From Zygnema circumcarinatum SAG 698-1b (lineage: Eukaryota; Plantae; Zygnematophyceae), in contig CM074811.1 in NCBI GenBank assembly GCA_037447605.1, forward strand, positions 3,410,001 to 3,474,000: 64,000 bases of DNA, given 5' to 3'. Both the position numbers and the translations under genes were made by a program. Of the stretch, positions 51,308-64,000 are shown piece after piece (position 1 is the first letter of the stretch; each line of letters starts with the position of its first letter). The notes beneath the pieces were generated by a model that did not search any database, had not been told where the DNA came from, and was given only the letters and a program-made list of their open reading frames with translations.

Positions 51308-53391
51308 GGAAAGGGGAAAAAGGAGTTGGCAATCGGGCGCAGAAAGAAAAAGAAAATTAAAGAATAGAAGAAGAAGAAGAAGAGTAGTAAAAGAGAAGAA
51401 AGAGTATTGAGGAGTAGAAAATTTTGAAGTACATAGTGGATATTTATAGAGTTAACCACCGGGGAGTATATCCATGAGGTTGAAGGAAAAGATAGAAGGG
51501 GGAGAAGGGGGGAAGGAGGGAAGTGGGGGAGGGGAGGGGGGGGGGGAAGAGAGGGAAGAGGGGGAGAGGGAAAAGGGGGGAGAGGGAAAAGGGGGGAGAG
51601 GGAAGGGGGAGGAGGAGGGAGGGGGATGGGGGAGGAGGGGGGAGGAGGAGGGAGGGGGATGGGGGAGGGGAGGGGGGGAAGAGAGGGAAGCGGGGGGAGA
51701 GGGAAAAGGGGGGGGAGAGGGAAGGGGGGGAGGAGGGGGGGGGGGTGGAGCGGGAGAGGGAGTGAGTGGAGAGGGAAGGGGGAGGGGAGAGAGGGAGGGG
51801 GGGGGGAGGAGAGGGAGGGGGGTGGAGGAAGGGAGGGGAGGGGGATGAGAGGGAAGAGGGGGGGAGAGGGAAAAGGGGGGAGAGGGAAGGGGGGGGAGCG
51901 GGAGAGGGAGAGAGGGGGGGGGAGGAGAGGGGGGGGAGAGGGGGGAGGGAGGGGGGAGGAGAGGGGGGAGGAGAGGGAGGGGGTGGAGGAAGGAGGGAGG
52001 GGGATGAGAGGGAAGAGGGGGGGAGAGGGAAAAGGGGGGGGAGAGGGAAGGGGGGGGAGCGGGAGAGGGAGAGAGGGGAGAGGGAAGAGGGAGGGGGAAG
52101 AGGGAGGCGTGGGGGGGAGGAGAGGGAGGGGGGTAGGGGAGGGGAGGGGGGTACCTCCATATCTTCCTGAATGAATATATTGCGCAGCGATTCTTGAGTG
52201 TGTTCTATGTATCTGGTGCTTCCGTTCAGATATGAGACCTGCGTTCCATGCGTCAAATCAACGAAAATGATCAAATTTTCCACATTTTTCAAATCTGCCG
52301 ACAATTATCCCGAGTTATTTCCGATAAAGCGTCGGCGATAAAAAGAAATGGGCTGAGTATAGATGGTGCTTGCGTTTTAGGGTTTAGGGTTTTTGGAAGG
52401 CTACACACGTACTTGAATTGTAACGAGCAGCGTGAGAGCCATGTGAATCATGAATTTCCATGGCGGCCTGCAACCAGAAGAAGTGGGCCAAAGAAAAACC
52501 CTTTATTTTTGGTTTTAAACAGGTTAAATAGGTTACGTAGACCATTCCCGCAGTGATTATCATCATGTTCAAAAAACTCAAGCATTCAGGGTATCGGTCA
52601 ATTGACCAAATAGCTGATTAGCATTGAAGCATGTCAGCAATGTTCGAACATATTAGTTTCTAACTCAAATTTGCTGCTCTCAAGAAGCATGAGCTTATCA
52701 AATCAATACAAGTTATCAGATTAGAACTAAGATTTAGATCGGATAACTCAATGCACGTGTGAGTATGCGATAGAACATTTTTTCTTGTTAGAGGGAACAG
52801 TCGCTTAAATCTTTAAACATTCTCTCTATTCGCGAGGAGAGAGAGAGGGGGGGGTATGGGGGCGGGGGAGTGTGTGAAGATCTGAGAGGGGGAAGGAGAG
52901 GGAGTCCGGGCTGGAAGTAGCGTGAGGGGGCCATGGGGTGGGGGAAGAGCGAGTGGGAGAGAGGCACAGAGAGAGAGAGGGAGAGAAAGAAAGGCAGTGG
53001 GAGAGAGGGGGAAACGAGCGACAAAGAGAGAGTGGGGATGGGTAAGAGGGAGAGAGAGACGACGATGAGGGGCAAGATTCGATGTGGAGGAAGAAGCAGT
53101 TACTTGAATTGGAGAGGAGAGAGGAAGGAAAAAAAAATAGAACAGAGTGACAGAGAGGAGCCAAGGAGCGGTGACGGTGGTGAATAAAAGAAGGAAAAAA
53201 GAGCCAGAAAGTAAGAAAGGACCCAGTGAGGCGGTAATCAGAGACTAAACGAGGGAGGAATTCCGACAGAGTGGGAGAGAGAGAGAAGAGAGGAGAGCTT
53301 CTGACCTTCCGTACTTCTTCCACTTCATCCACGGGCTGAGAATGAGCCTGTCGGACGCAGGCATCGCCTTTGACCGATTTTGATCCGCCAT
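44719..53391 (-). CDS. MCOLN: Mucolipin/TRPML-like cation channel, ~17 exons, ~990 aa with a long C-terminal tail
   Basis: Spliced product shows LILSPWMKWKKYGR, an S1 segment, a luminal domain (CWLWDLRHRYDFSKASHIRLDF), S2 AIFWISVSVIALSLASLVLTIRS, DKLRFFNLW, MGLGAAFAWVQNTQYF, TGLPYILRLVVAIGPVFVGYVLFGWTFFG, pore FRTFGDSAITLFCIVNGDDMHGTF and S6 FIYCVLNVFIYIMEDA. Junctions from exon 2 onward are phase-consistent. The exon 1 (53391-53306) to exon 2 (52613-52537) junction is not resolved. Confidence 0.93.
47970..48355. repeat. (GGGA)n intronic tract splitting the TRPML pore-helix and selectivity-filter exons
   Basis: Direct inspection. Confidence 0.95.
51495..52150. repeat. G-rich polypurine intronic tract
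   Basis: Direct inspection. It lies between TRPML exons 52238-52155 and 51230-51020. Confidence 0.93.
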
Positions 53392-54404
53392 GGCTCCTTC
53401 TCTCTTTCCCTCCCACTTCTCCCTCCTCGCTCGTGGAGAAAGATTCTCTCCCGCACACTCTGTCTCTCCCGCTCTCTATCCCTGTCTCCTCGTTTCACTT
53501 TACGATTGTCTCTAATATCTGTGCATATCCTGCCTCGTCTACTTCTCCTTTTCCCTCCCCGAATCTGCCTTCCTCACCATTCTCATCCTTCCCTGAAACC
53601 TCAGTCTCTCCCTCTTTTAACTCTCTCGCTCCTTTCTCTCTCCCTTCCCCCCCCTCCCTCCCCTCCCCCCCTTCCTCCCCTCTCCCTCCACTCTCCCTCT
53701 CCCTCCTCTCTCCCCCTCCCCTCTCCCTCCTCTCCCCTTCCTTCCTCCCACCCCTCTCCCCACCTCCCTCTCTCCTCTCTCCCGCTCCCTCCTCTCTCCT
53801 TCCTCCCACCCCCCTTTCTTCCCCCCTCTCTCCTCTCCCTTCTCCCTCTCCCTCTCCCAGCTATCGAGCCCTCCCACTTCCCGCACATCGTTTCTCCCGC
53901 ACCCAAAGTCTTTCGGACGGCCCCCCCCGCCCGGAGGTTTTCCATGATGTCTGTGCGCAGTCCCGATTCACGCTCGTGTACGCCTCCAACTGATTTCCAT
54001 GTGTCGGTGCTGAGCTGGACGACGGTAGACTTGCGCCACGTGGCAAAGCCTTTGGGAGACCGTCCGATTGGTCAAAGGAAAACTATTTTCAAGTTTGGCC
54101 CCATAACCGTCTGGCGGGTCGCCGAAGGGGTATAAATTCGGTTTCGGGCAGATAAATAATCCTTTCACGGTCAGCTTTGGATAATTCAATAGCATGGGCC
54201 GTCGATTCTGCCACGTTTCGACATATCGCACAAGTCGTCGGCCTCATCGACGGCTGACAATGATTGCGACGTGACGTAAGGTTAAAAAAAAAGGTTCGGT
54301 TTCTGGGGGATGTGAGCCGTTGGGAGTTGGAAGGACGTCGGATACGCCAAAATAGCCGATCCCGGTGTGCCTGGACGTGACACGTTGACACTTGACCTGC
54401 TTAC

Positions 54405-54692
54405 CTGTGCTCCCATTGGTCCACTCCACTTGACCCGGCAAGACTGGAAGGTCCGTGGTGCTGACGTGGCGACTTGTCTGTGCTCCCATTGGTCGATTCC
54501 ACTTGACCCGCCAAGACTGGAAGGCTCGTGGTGCTGACGTAGTGCCCCTGTCTGTGCTACATTGATCCACGCCGCTTGACCCGCCAGGACTGGAAGGTTC
54601 ATGGGGATGACGTGGCGCCCTGTCTGTGCTCCCATTGGTTCACTCCTCTTGACCCGCCAAGGCTGGAAGGTTCGTGGTGCTGATGTGGCGCC
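54405..54692. repeat. Tandem array of four ~73-bp units upstream of TRPML
   Basis: The unit CTGTGCTCCCATTGG...CTTGACCCG..A.GACTGGAAGG..CGTGGTGCTGACGTGGCG starts near 54405, 54478, 54551 and 54624. Confidence 0.9.
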
Positions 54693-55800
54693 CTTTAGGG
54701 CGAGCCCCTGATCGCAGGATCCGGAGCGGCCGCCGCCGGCAACCAACAGTCACCGACGGTTGGCGGCGGGTCGAACGTTCTGTCGGTGCCCAAAACAGTC
54801 AACCGACGTCAGCCGACACGAAAAAAAACCTCCTTTTTGCCCTTTTTTCGGGCAGACAACAAAACGACGAGGGACGGGTGTTAACCGCCCGAATTTCTTG
54901 GTAGCCGTACGGACGAGGCTGCAAATTTGGAGTCGGTGGATCTGTTCTACCGGTGGATTGCCTCCTGGAAACGCAGCAGTGGAATGGGAATACGTTGATC
55001 CTGCGTGACGTGGCAGGATCCACCTTCTGTCGATGGAGCTCTCACGTGATGCCATGTGTCAAGCACGGAATGACATGGACGCTTCCTGATGACGTGGTGA
55101 AGGGTTTCCATGCCGAAAATTTGTAAGCGAAACAGTTTATTCAGACTGAACGGAACTGAACGGCGTGGGAGTTGGTTTCCACATAGATCCAGAGGCGGCC
55201 TCGTGCTGGGCTCAACCAAGCCACAATGTTGTCGCATCATGATGATGATGATGATGGCATACATGTGTGTGTCCAGGCATGCATGCATGCTTCCCATGTT
55301 GCATGACTACACAGGAAGGATCAACCTCCTCACAACAAGAAAAGGCGCGCAAGCGCTAGACAAACATGAACATTCATGACTTCACAAAACTTTGATTGTC
55401 AACAAATAAACAATAAAAGTCTACGAGGAGCTACTTCCCTATACAACGTTCCCCTCTACGTAGACCCACCGCTAGAGCCACCGCGTGCTACAGGACAGGG
55501 ATGGGCGCGCTGCACACTCTTTATTCCCCCCTATGCCCATGCGTGCCATCCATCCATCCATCCATCCATCCATGCATCCATGCATGCATGCGTGCATGCC
55601 TTCACCCCAATAATGCCTAAACCATCTCAACGCTTACTAGTCTTTGCTTGAGAACAAGCACACAAATGTATATACTCTTCGCAGGTACGCTCGAGCTTCT
55701 CAAGCGTCTCGCTCTAAAGGTGGACCCTCCCTGGCCCATACATAAACACGATGAAACGTGAAGGGAACAATGTGTATGGAGTGACCAAGGGAGCGAATGT

Positions 55801-57895
55801 CTACGAGTCCCTACTGTCGCCGCCTTCCTTCCCTCTCGCATCTTCTCTCTCTTCATCGAGGTTTGGCTCCAAACGAACCTCCTCCTCCTCCTCCTCATGT
55901 TCGGCACCTGTCGCCGGTTTATCCAACGAGCAATGATGAGCAACCTGCATATCATATCCGCAAATTCTCTGAATCGTTAGTAGGTGATCGGCAATCGAGC
56001 TTCGATACAGAGAGAGACAAGTAAAGAATTGTCTGTGCAATTGAGAGGGAGAGAGAGAGAGAGGGACAGAGCGATTTAACGAGATGGGAAAAGGGGGAGA
56101 CAGTTTGGGAGAGAGGGTGGTGGAGAGAAATAAGAGAGGCGGATTTGAGAAAGGGGGTGTAAGAGGGAGGGAGGGAGGGGGGGAAAGAGGGAGAGAGGGA
56201 CAGAGGGGGAGGGAGAGACAGACTCCTGCACACACATACCTGTACGGCAGAAGCCCCTCCCGTTTCATTCGCACATCGCTTCTCCTCTCCCTCAATCTCT
56301 CCCTCTCTCGCCTCTCCTTCTCTTGCATCCGCATCACCTTTCGTCAGAGAGTCATTCTCACATCGCCCTCCTCCCCTCCATCCTCCCTCCCTCTCCTCCC
56401 TTTCTGGAAGTACAGAAAGGACCCCTTCTCCTCCTTCTCCGATAGCACTACTCAAAGCCACTCTCAACTGCTCCCCACGCAGTGGAGAGGAAGGAGGCGC
56501 CCTCAGGAGGGTGGGAGAGAGAGGGGTCTCATTACCCAGTAAGGGCTTTCTGGTCTTTTGGGTCTCAATCAAAGCTCTTCTGAGAGGAGGACTCTGTGGG
56601 AGAGGGAGAGGGGCTCTCTCTGAGGGAGGCGAAGAGGATACCAGATCCGGCGGAAGCTTCTGCGCAGCTTCGTTCTCTCCGAGACAGTTGCCAGGACGCC
56701 AAGGAGGGGAATTCGGAGAACTTGTCCCGGAAAAGTCGGCAAAATCCCGGACCCATTTTTGCTTTTCCTGCTTGCCATTAATATTATTCACGTTTTCTTT
56801 ATTTTTAGGAGATGCCGCTCCCTTTTTCTCCTCCAGATAGTCTGCCCAAATGCCTCCATTTGCACTGAAGCTCACATTTTGAAGGCGGGATTTAGCGCGA
56901 GAGTCAGGGAATAGACTGAAGGGGAGCTTTGATTCAGTGGAGGATAGCGCATACTGCTGCACTGAAGAAGGGGGGAACGGGGAAGAGGGAGGGGAGGGAG
57001 GGAGAGAAAGAGAGAGGGAGAGGGAGCGGCCTCCGCCTCTCTCATTGTCGTAGAATATGTAAGCGAGGCCTTCCGAGGGGGGGGGGGCTCTTACTGGTTT
57101 TAAGGGGGGAGGGAAGGGAGAGGGTGACTTAGTTGGAGAGGAAGAAAGGGAGGAGATTCGGTGGGAGGGAGAGAATGAGTGGGGAAAGCGGGGAGGAGGG
57201 GAGAGAGGGGAGAGAGAGAGAGGAGAGGCAGAGAGATCTACTGATCCCAGTGAGAGAGAGGAGTCCGGAGACCGCTGAGGAGTAGGAGAGATCTCCGGAG
57301 ATGGTCCAGGAAGGACAAAAGGAGGAGAATTCACCCCCCCATAAAATGATAATCTTGAATTTTCTTTGCCATTCTCCATAAAATGCACTTCTTCTTGCGC
57401 AATTTCGGGGCTTTGCAGCACTCCCTTGACGACCCATACAGCGGAATATCGCCTTTTTCGTGGAGATCCTCTCCCCTCAATCCCTCCAGGAAGACCGCGA
57501 GGGGGAGAGCCTCTCCCTCCCCCTCTCTCCGCTCTCCTTCCTCCTCCTCCCTCCCCCTCCATCTCCCTCTCCTGCATTCGAGTGTACCGCAGGGGCCCCT
57601 TATCGTCCCGAGACCCCGCCCTTGGAGTCGTAGTCCTTGGAGACCAACTTCCTAGGGTCCACTCTCCCGGCGAATCCTCGCCTAACACCTGGCGCCACGT
57701 GGGAGCGTAGGAGGGACACGTGTCAGTCTGTGAAAGCTGGGAGACGTACGGACGGCCCAGGCGGGCAGCTGCTTCCAGCATCATCTCCTTTTCTAAGGAG
57801 CGACGAGCGGGAGAGAGAGGGCCTTCTATGGCGCGCAGGTGAGAGAGAGCTGCACGTCGGGCGCGCAGGGGTTTCGGGGGGGTTTTTGACGCCAT
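55801..57895 (-). CDS. Intrinsically disordered Ser/Pro-rich protein (~600 aa) with KEN boxes; 2 exons (57895-56240, 55944-55801)
   Basis: The ORF stays open for >1.6 kb through non-repetitive sequence. MASKTPPK follows a CT-rich leader. Phase-0 CAG/GTATGT donor and ATGCAG/GTT acceptor. No folded domain recognised. Confidence 0.65.
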
Positions 57896-58330
57896 GGATG
57901 GAAGCTTGGGAGGTAAAGGAAGGTGGTTTATTAGACGGAGAGAGCGGAAGGAGGGAGGTGGTGACAGAACATAGCAAGGTGGGAGTTGCGGTGTCGAGAG
58001 GGGGAGGAGAGGGAGAGAGAACTGAGGTGGAGAGAACGAGAGGAAGAGGAAGGTAAGATGGAGAGACAGGGAGATGGCTATCGAGACTGAGAGGGAGTGG
58101 GAAAGGCAGGAAAACGAGAGTGGGAGAATGGGAGGGAAAGAGGGAGGGAAAGAGATGGTGAGATGGAGGAGAGGGAGAGGGGGTGGGAGTGCGCAGAATG
58201 CAGGAGACAACGGTACAGAGGGAGAGAATGTGCGGGAGCTGGCCCGGGAGGGAGGGAGGGAGGGAGGAAGAGGGAGAGGCAGAGGGAGAGGAGGTGCCGT
58301 GCGTGTGCACACGTCCTCGGATGTCGGAAG

Positions 58331-58698
58331 TGGCCGTTCGGAAGTGACGGCGGGGGTCGCCACGTCGGCACTCGGCAACCTCTGCCTGTCCACATGGCAT
58401 CCCACGAATGGGTACTTAGTGCCACGCAGCCGATGGCCTTCTCTGATTGGCGGAGAGCGTGCCACGTCATCCCCGAGGCGGGCCCGTCCCGGCCGCGGGA
58501 AGTTTCGCGCCGTCGGATTTGGGCCGGCGCTTTGGGCCGTTGGGGGCGCAGGGGTAGAAGCTTCGAGGAAGGTGCGAGAGAGGAAGGAAGTGAATGTTCA
58601 CACTATGGGAATGGCTCGCATAGCTTGGGGAGAGAGCGTCGTTAACATTTGTTGGGGCTAGAACGAAGCTGAGGGTGGGTCATACGCTAGCCGTTGGG
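58331..58698 (-). promoter_or_regulatory. Three MSA-like (AACGG) elements plus a CCAAT box upstream of the KEN-box gene
   Basis: On the minus strand: CCCAACGGCTA (58688-58698, exact YCYAACGGYYA), CCCAACGGCCC (58534-58544) and CCGAACGGCCA (58331-58341). CCAATC lies near 58445. Confidence 0.5.
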
Positions 58699-59093
58699 TT
58701 CGCCGATGGTTTATTTATGTACTGGTGGTCTCACATTGTTTCTGTATTAGACTTTGATTGTGTTGTACCATACAAACAAGCATGTTGTCATGAGGTCACA
58801 TGGCGAGATGTATGCCAAATGTCAAATGCAAGTTCAATTCCCATGCATGCCATGTAGGGGTTGAATAGGCATTGATCTCATATGTAAATGGAGAAAGACA
58901 GATGTAGAGCCCAATGTGAAAGGGTCACAAATGGGTCACAATCTGAGAACGAAAGGAAGGTTTGAGCGGACACATGCCACATTTTTAACACCGCGACTGC
59001 TTACCATGCTTTTACAATTACATTTGCCATAGTTAAAATCGTCTAATGGGTTATTTGTATGAGGTCCTAAAGAAGAGGAATGTTGTTACACGT

Positions 59094-63671
<4,578 letters not shown>

Positions 63672-64000
63672 CTGCACAGAAACAATACGGTGGGCAAGTA
63701 CGATAACAGAATGAGATTTGGGTTTTTATTTCAGTTCAAGTTTCAGCTTTCACAGTAAGCACACATTGCCCTTAAGCAGCCCTGCCCTCCTTTCCCTCCC
63801 CTTCTCCCCCTCCTCTCCCTCTCTCACTCCCTCCATCACCCTTTCTTCTCCTCCCCCTCCCGTTCACCCTCTCCCTTACCGATTTTCCAACCTCTCTCTC
63901 ACTCAATTCCACCCCTCCTCTCGCACTACTGATATGCCCTACATGCTGCAGTTTAATATGATCAGTTCAAATGAAATAGCTGGCACATCAAAACTGGATG

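Noticed and set aside
54405-54692. Possible CRISPR-like array
   Set aside because: The units are similar along their whole length with no unique spacers, and the context is eukaryotic with no cas genes.
57896-58465. 190-aa N-terminal extension of the 837-aa ORF
   Set aside because: It runs through a CT-rich leader and promoter motifs typical of 5' regions here. MASKTPP at 57895 is the more plausible start.

Overview
This is eukaryotic nuclear DNA from the green-plant lineage. I infer a streptophyte alga or other non-angiosperm from a plastid-targeted redox-type FBPase, plant-type ECT/YTH, PAT10-like and 2OG-dioxygenase genes, and TTTAGGG-type repeats. It is a draft assembly with five 10-N gaps. 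Genes are intron-rich, and the introns carry large polypurine/polypyrimidine microsatellites that produce most of the long ORFs in the supplied track, which are spurious. Manual splicing supports ten protein-coding loci: (1) 3' end of a PAT10-like DHHC S-acyltransferase; (2) chloroplast FBPase; (3) a type II membrane PC-esterase/NXPE-like protein with a degenerate catalytic signature; (4) an ECT/YTHDF m6A reader; (5) a ~2000-aa FYR + WD40 protein, possibly PALB2-like; (6) a protein with a Net1/Cdc14-binding-like N-terminus and 6-7 RG/NLS/TPKK repeat modules; (7) a small NDUFAF4-like protein; (8) a ~17-exon mucolipin/TRPML channel with an intact NGDDM filter; (9) a disordered KEN-box protein behind MSA-like elements; (10) a 5'-partial 2OG-Fe(II) dioxygenase needing an 8-nt microexon. 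There is also a non-autonomous Mutator-like element with TIRs and an 8-bp TSD, a ~345-bp-arm foldback element, a 73-bp tandem array, interstitial telomere-like arrays, and a 1450-bp duplication that is probably an assembly artefact. The standout is the TRPML channel, a class generally reported as absent from land plants. Family assignments come from motif recognition, not database searches.
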